Source: Tubulanus polymorphus
Lineage: Eukaryota > Animalia > Nemertea
Length of the DNA: 64,000 nt
Direction: 5' to 3'
Assembly (NCBI RefSeq): GCF_964204645.1
Contig: NC_134028.1
Coordinates: 11,827,263-11,891,262 of the forward strand
Positions 41,201 through 56,200 of the stretch are shown piece after piece (position 1 is the first letter of the stretch; the number at the start of each line of letters is the position of its first letter). The notes beneath the pieces were generated by a model. The model saw only the letters and a program-made list of their open reading frames with translations, did not search any database and was not told the DNA's origin. Both the position numbers and the translations under genes were made by a program.

Positions 41201-44200
41201 CACAGAACACGACATCATGGTCCGAGACTCCAGGTTATGTTTTTGTTCTCAAAAAGAAATTTGGGTCGTAGGATCAGGAGATCCAAAGTGTTCTCACCTC
41301 GTGTTTGTTCCTCTACTAATTGCGTGAGGCCAATATCGTCTAGGGTGTCAAGAAAGTCTGTGTGATTTTGGATATTTCTTGTTGAGGGTTTAATCTTCCT
41401 CTGCTTCCAATCACAACGAGGAACGGTTAGTCACCTCCGATCAATAAAACTGCATTATTCGTGGATGTGGTTGCTTTCTGCAGACTACGCCTAAGTTCCT
41501 GATATGACTCACTATCACTGGTGATTGGGTTATAGTATGAGCAGATGTAAAGGTGTCGCGTTCTCTTTGTAGTGATCTTACATGAGGCCATTTCACAATT
41601 TGTAGAGAGCTCTGGTACAGGTGCCTCTGTTCTCCAAACTTTCCTTCAATTTTCCAAGTCGCGCACCTCGGGTCCTCCTTATTACCGAGATGACGTAATT
41701 TACCGAGATGAACCAAGATGACATGAAATATAACATATTTATTTATTCCTAATCGATTTTAACACTAGAAATCATGTTATAGTAGAGTAATACCCGTGGA
41801 AACCACAGGTGATTTCCTTTGGCCCAGAACTTCAAACTGTTCAATTCATTCGCAATGGAATTAAGTCAGGCCATTTGAAATCTTTGTGTCCATTCCCGTG
41901 GAGACCCTATGAACTTTGATGACCGGTACCCGTGGAGACCGGGAACTATCGGAGGTTAACAAAATATGCACGGTGTTGCGTGGGACTCGAACTTCTGACC
42001 CATCAGGTGCCAGTCTTGTACTTTACTAACTGGGCCATTGAAACAGCATAGTGATACAGTACTGTAGAATTGTTTTGGTGCGAGAAGAGTCTATAATTAA
42101 AATTCCTGCTTACTGATTGGCTGAAATTTTGTCTGCCTCCGATTGGCCTCCTATAAATATTTTCACACCGTTTATACCCGTTGCATTAGTTTATACAATG
42201 ATTGACTACCACACAGAATTTCAAGGCCCAATTCTTCTCCACGGCGACGCTATTTGGTACATAGTTTCGTATTAATATATAGATCAGTAGTAAATACCTT
42301 GTAGTCATATTTTACATATATTCCGGATATTTTGTAAAAAATATTTTGACTTCAAATACGTCATCTCGGTTAGCAATAAAATTTCATTGAATTTGATTGA
42401 TCGACGATAGTCAAATATGACCAAAGATATACATTGTTTACGTTCCACGTTCAACATTTTGTAGGGTACATAAAGGCGCGGCAGGGAAACTATTCTATAT
42501 TTTGAAAAAAAATATTTTTCACAATATGAAAAAATATTTGAATAAAATTCATATGATGTCACCAATCAGAGGGTGACTGAATATTGAGTCTTGGAAATCT
42601 CTTCCAATGTATGGCTGCGGAAGCTAAAATACCGGTACCGTAAAAAATCGGTGTATGTAAGTAGATCATTATAAATCCTGGATTTTACCACTAAAATATT
42701 CAGACCTAGACCTATAGTTTGCTGCTTAGTATTTTCAGGTCACAAGAAATTACAATTTATTACAAATTCTATCAAACAGGACACACAGCGTTCATCGTCT
42801 ACTATAAAAGTTTGAATGATTATTCATAAGGCCATCCCGAAATAATAGTCTGTTTGCCGTAACCTGACCGACCCGACTTCAAAGGTGCCGAGTGAAAACT
42901 TTTTTCTGGGATTCATTGAAATAAATTTGATTTTTTATAAAAACGGTCGACCCACTGCCGATGTATGAGCTACGTATGTTTAAAGTGTATATACAATGTA
43001 TTGCATATATACAATGTACTATTTCATTTTGAACACAGAGATGACGCTCTGGACGAAGTTATAATTTTAGAATTATTCTTGAAATCTAGGCTCAACACAA
43101 ATTTCCCGTGCACAACGCAGATTTGTGATATTGTTTCCATGTGAGAATAGGTAATAAATTTGTTTTTTTTTGTCCAAAAATTTTGCAAAAAAAATTTCTA
43201 CCTACCTACCGACTCATCCTGAAAGCTTGAGCCAAACAGACAATTATTTTAGGATGGCCTAAAGCGTATTTTCATGTCAAATGTGCACATGCCAGCAAGC
43301 AGCGTTACAGTATAATTAGCTACATTGTAAAATATACTGAACAAGTGTGTATGTACATGTAACAGTCTAATGCACTCAACGCGCACATGGAGGCCTTATC
43401 TGTAAGTGAATGTTCTCTTACACATCAATGACAATCAAAACAATCCCCGGGGATTAAAATGAAACGATACCTATGGCAAATATGTGAAATAATTATATTC
43501 TCACCAGCAATGAGCATTTGGGATTCGCACATTTACGGCACCTAGTCCAATCAAACGTTCGCCATTTATAGCTTTCCATGGTTATTTTAGTAGCGCCAAA
43601 ATTCCCCGTATATCCCAGAAACAGCCAATCACATTCGCTCATAGAGACGACACCCCCCAATCAAGGTCATTGCAATTTAATACGCAAAAGCTAAGAATTT
43701 TCCCACCAAAAACAGTTTTCGTAGAATATCAACAGTTAAATTATAAGTTGACCATGTCATCGACGGAGGTTCACCATGTCTTCAATCGCATCGATTATAA
43801 GTTGTTTAGGCCGAGAACCAATAAAACATAGGCCTACGCTCACATAAAAAAACGTAGCGCGATTTTATATGAATTGGCTCAATGCCAACTTCATATCGCT
43901 GACAAAGGTAAACCAACTAGTTATCAATAGTTTATGTTTGCCCTAAGTTTATCTAGGAATATCTATTATTATATAGATTATTATTATTTGGTTTCCATGG
44001 TAACGGCAAGAAAAATTGTGAAATATTGAGAAATATTGATATGATTTCAGGTGAAATTATTTTTTTCACTAGGCGCTACATAATTTTTGAAATGAATCAA
44101 ACATGATTTTCAAGGTCTGTCAGTCAGGTCTATAGGCTCCTATTGCAAATTGATTTAAATATACCAATTATATATATTATTTGCTAAATGAATTTTAGTA

Positions 44201-47200
44201 AAGAATAGCAGAAAATCAGGCTTCGCCTAGCTCAAATCGCTTAAATTTGAAATATATTCATATCATAATAAAATCAATCAGTTTAGAAACATAAACCAAG
44301 CAATAGTTATAATACTACTAATAATAGCCTAACTAAATAATAATCCATTTGTTTTGTTTTGAGCTAGATTTCAACAATATTTTATATATATTTCAATTTT
44401 GCTGCTTTTGGAAAATCCCCTCGGGAGCCTCCCTGTCCCATCATGCGCCACTATTTTTGCCCATCACAAGCCTCAATTTATCCCATTAGACGCCTCCCTC
44501 TTTCTACAGCCGCTTTACTGACGGGAGCGTAGTGGCCGTCCGCGAGCACAAAAAAATTTTTTTACCCTTCTTCAAACAACGTCTAGGGCAAAAGTGCTCA
44601 TATAAGGTTAACTTTCGTTTGAGGGACGAGGCTTTGAGCATCTATTTCACCCCTTAAAACACCATCAACTTACCTCAAACTGACTGCTCCGTAATCAGAT
44701 GGAAGTTAACTATTGTTTGTGCATAAATTTGTAATCCTAAGACAGGGTTCATAGCCTCCAGGCCCAACTTAATTCAAGTACTTTCAAGGACCTATTTCAA
44801 CAAAATTCAAGTACTATTTTCTGAAAAATACCATATAAACACTACTATTTAAGGCGAATTTATTGCAATGAAAATTCCTTTATTGCAGAAAGAAGTACAA
44901 ACGCAAATCATCATAAAGAAACATCCATGCCTAGCAGAGTACTTGATAACTTTGGAATCTTTCAGCTTTATTTTAAGAAAGATTTTCTACATGCATCAGA
45001 AATTAATAACTTTAAAACAAGAAATCTGTGGGCCTTTCAACAGAACTACAGGTAGACCTCGCCATCAAAAAGCTATACTATCGAAAGCAAAAATAACAAA
45101 ATTATACAAAATTAAATTACAGCTCATCTACCTATTTAAATCGATTAATTTGCTCCTTTTGAGTTTCGATGGCTGAAATTAGCTTTAGAGCCGCTTCTCC
45201 CATCGAAGATATGTAAATGGTTTTGGCGCATATCTTGCACCTAGCTTCTGTTGAAATTGGTCTGCGTTGAATCCAACTTTTGTATGATTCATGCACCAAC
45301 CAGGAGTCAGAGAAATGGCACTTCCCATACTGGCCTATCTAATTTTGAATGCAACAAATTTCGATGACCGGCTTAAACGTCTAAATGATAACAGCTTAAC
45401 GCTTAATCATGATCAGCTCGGGATACCCTGACTCGGGATACCCTAAAAAATCACTTTTCGATAGTTAATGCTCCAAAGATCGTCAAAATCAAGAACAGTC
45501 TTTATATTAATTTGAGGTCATTATTTACTACCAATAATCAATTTAGAATTATTTTGAAGTATTTTGTTTGTTTATTTCATCACAACGGCATTTGTATATA
45601 CGCGGCGCGTGATAGCGGTAGTGCCCTACCGCCACGTGTCTACTAATAGATTTGTATACGCATTGTCAGCAGTGAGCCACGTGCCTAATACATTTGTACT
45701 GTATATATACACAAGTCAGCAGTGTATACGTGTCTATAGCACGCTGACAGTATAGAGTCACAGCACTCTCACACGTGGTTGGCAGTGCGCGGGCGTATTG
45801 AAGTCAATACAACAAACTAATTGACAAAATTTGGACAACATTAAAAATTCAAGGACTTCCAATGATTTTTGCTGAAATTTTGAAAATTCAAGCATTTTCA
45901 AGGCCTTGAAAACGCATTTTGTGATTCAAGCACTATTAAGCACTTTCCAGGATCGCTACGAACCCTGTAAGAAGCTTTTGACGATCATAGTAGCTCAAAC
46001 TTTTGACTAGTCACCTCAAAAAACTGCTGAAGTGAAGCAACATAACAAATATGGCGGCTTTTCCTGGTGCATGATGGGAGTGTAAATTACGGATTCGGAC
46101 TTAAACTTGAACTGACATTGATGCCAATGCAGATATTACTCTTGTTTCAAATTCTTAAGGTTAAAATTGACCAAAATTTATGCGTTTCATCAACAAAAAA
46201 TAACATTGAGCAATTTTAGAGAGACATATTGAATTTTCAGATTTTATCAATTAAGTTCGTATTGGAAATCCCGATTGTGGCAATCAATTCAATTCAAATC
46301 AAATCAATAAATTTTCCGGTTCGCGATTTAAATCATCAAAAATTTTATTATAAAACACGTTTTCCAAGTCAACAAGGTAACTAATTAATTTATTTGTATT
46401 TGAGTGCAAAGGTTTGATTTGACACTAAAATCAGTTGTTGCATTGCAACCTCTATATAAGGGAGTTAAGTCAAAAAAATCAAAGTCAAAGAAATTTTTTC
46501 AAACCTTTAAAAGTGATAAATATACACTTTCTCCTAACAAAAAAAAGCCCACTAATTAGCATAATTTATGCGAGAAACAATTACTTTACTTATTTGAATG
46601 AGATTTAACACATATTCGGCATTAGTTAAGATCCTTTTGAATAAGATTTCATATTTATCAAAGTCACATGTGAAATTTACAATGTTTCAGAAACCACATA
46701 TGCAAATTTCACAAAAAATAACTTACTAATTAGCATAATTTATGCATAATTCTCTCAATTTGGTATTATTCTGCCAGCATCAATATTTCAAATAGCCAGT
46801 GACTAAATAAAACAGCACTAAACTGTAATACAAAGGTTTGTTACAAAAGACAACACTCAGTTCCTCCTAATTCAAGGATACCTATTTGATTTAATTAACA
46901 TAAATTATGCTAACTAGCGATAACGTTTTACGAAAACGCCAATTTCCAGATGATTTTGCATCAAAATCTTGAATTGAGATCTCATTCATTAAAACTTTCC
47001 AAATACATGTTTTATAGACACAGATCAAATTAACAATACCAATAGCATAGAAACCCTACATGCAAATGTTACCAAAAAACCTCCCTTATTTACATAATTA
47101 ATGCAGAATTTCCTTGAAATTTGAATTTTTGCCATTTTTAATATTTAGAATAACAACTAACTAAACACAATAACACTGTACTACAATGGTTTGTTAAAAG

Positions 47201-50200
47201 AATGACACACAGTTCACCTTAATTGAGAAAAACTCATTTGACAGTTAGAAATTTGATCTAATTAGCAATTTGAAATTGGTGTTTCCTTCAAATATTATCA
47301 CTCATCTGCATAGATTATGCTAATTAGATCAAATGAGTTTTTCTCTATTAAGCTGAACTGTATGTCATTCTTTTGTATTGCCTTAAGTATATTTAAGTAC
47401 TAGGCCTACTTAAAAGTACTTAAGGTGATACCTATCAAAAGATGTATCAATAGAGGCAGCATCCTGGCTAAGCTTCCAAATGCGTGGACTTGAATCGTTT
47501 GGTACAACATTCAGGCCTTTTAGCAATATAAACTCTTTTTCTATATTTTTCACGTCCTTTCGTAATGAAAAATTCTTGCCCTACATGTTTCATGAATATA
47601 ATGATGGCATTACTTTCATTTAAAACTTTTTCAATTTGACCAAAGTACCAATTGTCTCCATATGCTACAGCAACAAAGCTATTTACATCACTTAGTTGAA
47701 ACGAATACATTTTTTGTTCTTTTTGTTGGTAACAAGTCTTTTCGCGCCGAAGATAAAATTTACATTTTTGGGCATTCTTAACCAAATGTCTAGCTATGTT
47801 TTGAACGACCGAACGTTTTACATGAACAGCAGTATCTGGTACAACTCGAACTAATGGATCTGGAAACTTGACTATTTCATTGATTAAAGTATTTCGTTCA
47901 CCAACATCTCGCATATTTACGACTCGAACTGTTTCATTTGAAGCAACAGGATTGGTAGGATTTTCTTATAAAATCTGTTTGAGATTTGAAATTAGCTGGT
48001 CCAAAGAAAATGCCTTCCCATTACATGAAAAAAGAAACAAACTTTTCTCTGCTTTACTGCAAAGAATATTCTTATGATATTTAATCTGTAATTTGATTGA
48101 CTTCAGTTTCTCAGATCTTCTATCAAATGCTGCTAATTTAGTCTGTATATCATCAATTTTCCAGACTCCATTTTGTTGCACATTATCCCTCAATGCCAAT
48201 AACAAATTTTGTTTCTTCAGAATACTCTCACTTTCTTTTTTTTCGTTCAATCATTATTTCATATCCCTTTTCTACGAATCAACTCACGCCTTTGTTTGTT
48301 TTCTTTATACCTCTTTGGGCCTAAACTTATTGCCTTGTAAATACATTTACTCGGATAAACCAACAGGTGAGTAAATGCTATCTAGAACTGCTCTCATTAA
48401 TTTGTTTTATATCAGATTGTGAGTTGAAAAATTCTAGGATATGCTGTCTATGAAAGTATCTTTCTGAATAAGGAATGCTTCCCAATCAGCATATTTACCG
48501 AATCTTTGACTTCCAGAAACAGTTAATGATTGAGATAACTCAAAAATTAAATCAAAAGTTCGCGCATTACCCTTATCAAAACCGTATTCGGTTATTTTAC
48601 TTCCAGGTGTCAATGATATTGACTCGAAGACCTTAAGAGCTTTAGAAGCAACTGTACCCATGTTGCCTATAACGTGGAGCCCACAAAACAAACTGTGTAA
48701 TTCGGTCACCTGCTTCTTGCGATCTGAGTTCATTGAATCAAAATCATGTAAGTATTTGTCAAATAAATCTGTGCGCAATTGTTCAAATTTTTCTTTAAAA
48801 ACTTTTGTTTACCACGTGCCGGTCAGTCATCATATTTTTTATGTTTGCGACCATTTTAGCCTCAATTTTGCAAATATGATCCGAATCATCACTAAAGGCT
48901 TCAGCTAAATCTGAAAATATTTTCATTAAAGTGTCCAAAAATGACTGAGTGTGCCCAGTAACCATTTCTCTAATTCCCATGGAAAAGGTTTCTTCGTTGC
49001 CACTTGACTTGTTAGTTTTTGTAAACTGGTAGCCACCATACTCACAAAACTTTTTTTAGTCACATCTAATTGAAGCGTTAAATTGTCAGTGGACATTAAT
49101 TCCTCTGCCACGTGAAGCTGCCCATCTAATTCACATTCAGACTGAAGAGAACTTGTCAGGCCTTTTGAAGGCAAAGTTTTTACTGTCTTATCTGTTAAGC
49201 TGGTGATAACACTCTCATCAACTAAACTACATTTAGACACTGGAACTCCAAGCGATAAAAGTCTCATGTAAAGTAGTCGGATAGAATCTGTATAAATGAG
49301 TTTGCCGTCACGGACCTCCTTCACCTATGGATATAAATGGATATACTGTCAAAATTAAAACAGCATTTTGTGTCAATCGACGAAAGTAAATACTAATGCC
49401 ATATTTACCTGAAGTTGAGATTCTGACTCGGGAAAATAGTTAGATTCCAGCCTTTCCATTATTTCACTCGACTCCAAATACTTAATACATTCTTTCAACT
49501 CTTTAATCTTTTGGGCATGCTCCACACACTGAGTACAAGTAATGCTAGAGGTACTTGAAGTCTTCTTGGCATTTCGTTTCCATTTTGATTTTAATTTTTG
49601 CGAATTAGATTTTTCTCGCTGTAATTGGTTGATTTGACTCTTCAGATCATTTATCTCATGCCTCATTTTTGTCTAACATTCTTCGCACGTTTGTCTCTCT
49701 GATCAACATTTCTAACCGAATAGTGTCCATTACGTTTAGCCTAACTATTTTGTTGTATCGCCGTGTAACTTGCTTGATCCGATTCTTGATTTTAGAGATC
49801 TGTTCAATTACCTTTTTCAGAACATCCCTGGCTGATACGGATGATGCAGCGATGGCAGCTAATAAAATCAAAGACGGTGGATTTTGGATGATGCAATCAT
49901 CTGTCTGAACAGTTTTGGTACATTAGACCTATGTCGCGAATAATAGGCCTAACATCCTGGTTGATAAGAACTTCGTTACGCGCAACCTCCCTATTCGGAT
50001 GTAGATTTGTTGTTGATGATGGACTAGGTGGCTTGTATTCGCGATTCAAATAAATGGTTTGCTCAGTTTTTGAAGTTCTCAATTTAGACGAGTGTTCTTT
50101 TATTCGTTTCCACTGGTTGTAAACTGTCAATCGAGATGTATGTTCAGAGGCCGCAATCTCTGGAACCAGTCTTCTAAACAAGTGGAAACATTCGGATGTA

Positions 50201-53200
50201 CTCTTTTGATACTTGAAAAGTTCACAAATAACACCATTGGTAACAAACGCATCATCCGACAAGGCCTGACCAGAAGAAATCCATGTAGGATCTATACCCT
50301 ATTTCTCACAAAATGGACCTAGAAATAATCAGAAATAAACAATAATAAAAAAAAGCGAAATGCTCACAAAAATCTGGAAGATGGGCAATGGAAGATGTGG
50401 TGGCTTGGGATCAGTTAGTTTTAATTTGTGTGATATTTGATAGTCTGAATCTAAAAAAAAAATAATGAAAAAGCCTAAAAGGCCTAACTGAATATTTTGA
50501 CTAATGAATGAAAAATGAAATTAAATGAGAAAGAAATGTGTTGACTAACATATCTCATAAATAGATACAAGAAATGTCTCATAAGACATTAGGCCTATCA
50601 ACTTTACGCAAAGGCCTAATAGCCTATTGAAGCAGTACCGGTACGTGGATTGTTTAGGCCTAATTGCTGTCAAAACAAAATATCATGCGGTTTTGTTGTA
50701 GGGAAGAGGTTTTCTCGATGTAATAGCCACATGAGCTATCGCGCATGCGCGAATAACGTTAATTCACGCAGCACTTCATTGCAAATGAACGATGCTCGCC
50801 GCTGTTACTTCAATTGACAGTCGCCCCTTCAATAATGAGTCGCTCCCGTTCAACCCCAAATTTACGCTAGAAACCCTTCAATAAGTTATCATACCAGTTA
50901 CCGAGTAAAGCTAATAAATATAACTTACCGATAATTGCGATATTAGAACACTCAGAATGGCTCAAGCTGGCATATTGTTGATCTTTATCACAATCGTCAG
51001 GGTTCATACCGGCGGCCGCCATTTTGTCGATCGCGGCGCTTATCTGTGAACAAAACAGCAAAATTACAATACTTTCCCGACTTAACCGACCGATATTTTT
51101 ATATTGGCTGATAGATGACATTCATGTCTATCAGATTGTGACTGCCACAAGAAGAGATTAGCGCCGAAGCGAGAGGATTAGGCCTACCTTTCCAAGGACG
51201 GTAGAATTTCAAAATTTCTAGCTGCAGACGACTCGTACGAGTACGAGGCAAAATCTACGGTGTCCCTGAGAACATTCTGCGTCTGCCCATTCGCACTTTT
51301 CCTAGGTCAGAGTTCGTTTCGCCCTTGGCAGTAAACAAACAAAATAGGCCTACAAATGCGGAATTCGAGGAATGAAATTGGCGTGCCGCCAATTCACGCC
51401 ATCCGCGCTTTCACGTCAAAGAAAATTCGCAAAATAAACAACTAACCCAAAACTGATAGTATGTAAGACAAAAGGCAAGATTTAGAAGATTCTGAACCTG
51501 TATTTTTTTGTAAAATTTTTATGTTTGAGGGGAGATAATTACGATTAAACAAAGACAAAATACGGTGAATTCGCTGCTGAATCACGACTTAGAATGTTGT
51601 ACTGAACTCCCTATCTATATGATACTTTAGCATCAGACCACAGGCACTCGCCGATGGGCTTGGGATACAGTTGCTGGGGTTTTTGATAGTGTATTTGTGT
51701 TTTCATTCGTTACTCTGCAATAAATCCTAGAAAAAACGTCTTGGTACTGATACATTTAGAAAGATAATGGCCGCTGGCTCCACAAACGGCGACCTCACAA
51801 AATACTGAACAAACTTCGTTTTTCAATCTAAAATCAAAACTTCTATTTTATATGACATTTACTAGTGATATGACAGTTATATATCCTATTATTCCATCCA
51901 ATGGTGAGACACTATCAATTTGTGAAACGTCTTTAGTAATATAAAAGAAAAGGTAGTTGACGAAGCGTGAGTGTATAGGAAAAACTCTACAGGCGTTGAG
52001 ACGGCAACACTTGGTCACCGAACGTCATTTCCGCTGAGTGACATCATAACGAAATCCCGCTTTATTTGAATATAGAAGGGGAATACTTGTAGCAGGTGCC
52101 CGTGTGACCTAGTGTAGCCGTCTCAACGCCTGTAAAGTTTTTCCTATACGCTCACGCTTCGTCAACTACCTTTTCTTTCATATTACTAAAGACGTTTCAC
52201 AAATTGATAGTGTCTCACAATTGGATGGAATAATAGGATATATAACTGTCATATCACTAGTAAGTGTCATATAAAATAAAAGTTTTAATTTTAGATTGAA
52301 AAACGAAGTTTGTTAGTGTTTTGTGAGGTCGCCGTGTGTGGAGCCAGCGGCCAATATCTTTTTAAACGTATCAGTACCAAGACATTTCTTCTCGGATTTA
52401 TTGCAGAATAACCACTCAAAACACAGATACACTATCAAAAACCCCAGCAACTGTATCCCAAGCCCATCGGCGAGTGCCTGTGGTCAGACGTTGTAGGGAA
52501 TCGTAACAACGACTGGTATTCAGACTACCCCGACACGAAATAATATCATGCGGTCTTCAGTATTTGAATTTTAAGATCCTAAACCTTCCGATTCCTGATG
52601 ATTCGTCACTTATTCCAGGTCCTAAGCTGACGAATTTTGTCCTTGAAAAAGGGTATTTTTCGATTTCTATTTTATTCGACAAAAATGCGGATTTATACAC
52701 TAAACCAACCCCCAAGTGATAAAGATTGGTCTTATTGGTTGATTCCATAAGATTTTAGCTCATTTGCATTGATAGACAGGTTTTATGAATAATTTTACGA
52801 GGTAACGTGTGAAAAAAGCGCGCATCACATTTTTCCTAATCAATAATGGTCGTCACAATCGATAGTGGTGCCCCGCGTGGACATGAACATACCCAACGAA
52901 ACCCTGATTTCATATAAAGCGATTGAAAATTCGGGAAATGAGTCGATAGAATTGGAAAGGTAATGTACAGATAGTCAATTTAGTTAGCTCCCTTCTCTTT
53001 CTATATAGGGTGACTGGTGTCATCCACCCTCCATCAAATTTTGACAAGCCCAAGTCTAGTACCTAGCCGTCGCTCTACAAACAACGTCTAGGGCAAAAGT
53101 GCTCATATAAGGTTAATTTTCGAGGGACGAGGCTTTGAGCGTCTATTTCACCCCTTAAAACACCATCAACTTACCTCAAACTGACTGTTCTGTAATCAGA

Positions 53201-56200
53201 CGGAAGTTAGGCAAACTATTGTTTGTGCATAAATTTGTAATCCTTAGTAGCTTTTGACGATCGTAGTAGCTCAAAACTTTTGACTAGTCGCCTCAAAAAA
53301 TAGTTGAAGTGAAGCAACATAACAAATATGGCGGCTTTTTGTGGTGCATGAGGGGTGTAAATCGGTTATCCTTATTACCGAGGTGAACCGAGATCAACCG
53401 AGATGAAATGAGATATAACATATTTATTTATTCCTTATCGATTTTAACAATTGAAATCATATTATATCAGTAACAGATGCCTGCTGGAGTCATATTTTAC
53501 ATAAATTTTCTATTTGTAGGTGCTCAGATGCGTTTTCCCAGCATTTGGGGTCATAATCAATTAGTTTAAATTCGGTAATTTCGGTAATAGCCTAGAAAGC
53601 GATCATCGGCAGTTTGCTTGAAGCACTTTTCTGAAGGAGATTGGTAGTCCTACGTGCATAAAATAGTTCGATGTTCTTCCATTCATATAGGCCTAACTAG
53701 ATTTGTCAATAAAGCTCAGCAAGCCTTTATTTATTTCCATTTGGTAACCTAATGTTTGATAAAAAATTTGGAAATCTTAATAAAAGTTTTTCTATGGGCA
53801 TTGAGACTTGAAAAATTGAGGCCACTGTTTCGTTAAATCAGCGGCTGAATGCAGCAGTGTTTATCTGTCATGACCTTCGCACGCATTGATTTTTTTTATT
53901 TTTAACATGTCGGGAAATCCCAGGATATTTATAGGCCTGACCTGAGCGGCGCCGCGTGTGAGCCATTTCTACAATTATTGACGTATGAAATAAGTTTTTA
54001 TGGCATGAAGCGTTTGTCTGGCACATTATTTATACAATTATCGACATACCAGTAATGTTTAATGCTATCTGATCATTTATCTATGGTGATATCAGACCAA
54101 AGATCGTCACTGACGGATTTTCAAACTATGTCGGCTACAGGGGCGGCTAATCTTTTCATAGGGGCGGACGATCTTTACAGGGGCGGACATGAAAATTAAA
54201 GGGGCGGGCGGCCCCTTAAAAACCCTAATGGAGAACACTGATATGAAACTTTAGCGTCAGACGTTGTAGGGAACCGTAACAAGCCTGGTATTCAGATAGA
54301 CAAGCCCCTGGCCTGTGTTCGGTAGGGATCCCGGGTGGGTAGCAAGGCATTCGACGTCAATCATAATTAGCTATATCCATAAAAAATTCAAATAGCTCCA
54401 ATCTTACTGAAAGAAAGCTTGTTGGAATGGGGAGGGCTCAAATAACAATGTGCTTTTTAAATTTTTGAATTATCTTCAGTAGTTTTAGAGATATCGCAAA
54501 TTAAAGTTTGAAAATTTGAGCGAAAAGTGTCTTCATGTTTCTATACACAAAAACTGTGATCTAAGAAGGCAATATTTCATGTAAACAAACTTCAATATCT
54601 CTTAAACTAAAAGTGATAGACTAGAAATTTAAAGAGCAATACACTCATAGCACTTTCAGGTGACAGTTGAAAGACCCAAAATTTTTATCTGATTCCAAAT
54701 GCCTATGGTTTCCATGGAAACCAGCCGAAAAATGGTAAAATAATGAAAATATCGATGTTAGATCAAAAGTTATGATGTAGAAAGGGGATAGAATAACTAG
54801 TTATCAATAGTTAATGTTTGCCCTAAGTTTATCTAGGAATATCTATTATTATATAGATTATTATTATTAGGTTTCCATGGTAACGGCAAGAAAAAATGTG
54901 AAATATTGAGAAATATTGATATGATTTCAGATGAAATTATTTTTTTCACTACATAATTTTTGAAATGAATAAACATGATTATCAAGGCCTGTCAGTTAGG
55001 TCTATAGCTATAGGCTCCTATTGCAAATTGATTTAAATATACCAATTTTATATATTATTTGCTAAATGGATTCTAGTTAAGAAAAGCAGAAAATTAGGCT
55101 TGGCCTAGCTCAAAACGCTAAAATTTGAAATATATTCATGATATCATAATAAAATCAATCAGTTTAGAAAAATAACCCAAGCAATATTAATAATACTACT
55201 AATAATAACCAAATAATAATCCATTTGTTTTGTTTTGAGCTAAATTTCAACAATTTTTTATATATATTTCAATTTTGCTGCTTTTGGAAAATCCCCTCGG
55301 GAGCCTCATTGTCCCATCACGCGCCTCTATTTTTGCCCATCACAAGCCTCAATTTATCCCATTAGATGCCTCCCTCTTTCAACAGCCGCTTCACCGACGG
55401 GAGCGTAGTGGCGATCAGCGTGCAAAAAAAAATATAGTGATGAATAATTATGAATCGGAAAATAAATACAATAATTCACCGCTAGACCGATGAATAATTG
55501 TTGAATATTGATCTCATCACGAGCAGCGCGGCGCGTCGTCATTCAATAACAAGTGCCGGCCGCCATTTTGTATCGCTCGCTTCAACGCAAAACTTAGACA
55601 TTGAATTTTCCGGCAGCGATCGCTCGGCCCCGACACGAAATAAAATCATGCGGTCTTCAGTATTTAAATTTTAAGATCCTAAACCTTCCGATTCCTGATG
55701 ATTCGTTGCTTATTCCGGGTCCTAAGCTGACGAATTTTGCACTTGAAAAAGGGTATATTTCGATTTCTATTTTCTTCGTCTAAAATGCGGATTTATACAC
55801 TAAACCAACCCCCAAGTGATAAAGATCGATCTTATTGGTTGATTCCAAAAGATTTCAGCTCATTTGCATTGATAGACAGGTTTTATGAATGATTTTACTA
55901 CGCGATGTCAAAACGCGTAGTAAAAACGCGCATCACACTTTTCCTAATCAATAATGGTCGTTTAGGTTTAGGTTTAGGTTTATTTATTTCGCTCTAACCA
56001 AACATTGGTACATAGAGGTTACAAGAATTTGTACAATAAAATTTATAATTTACAAAACTTAAAAACAAGAAAACAGAGATACACATAGAATAGAATAATA
56101 ATAGAGATAACAGATATGTATACATGAATTTTACTTAAGTAGCTTGAGACCAGCATTTACAAATCTAGCGAGTTTAATTAATATATTGTTATTTACAGCA

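Noticed and set aside
37788-42044. Two tRNA-like sequences as functional tRNA genes
   Set aside because: A and B boxes are present but acceptor and anticodon stems do not pair; treated as SINE-like relics.
53856-54240. Complete CAGTGTT-ended hAT MITE
   Set aside because: The right end GGAGAACACTG is clear (also at 15850-15860), but the left end is imperfect and the flanks show no TSD, so boundaries are unsupported.
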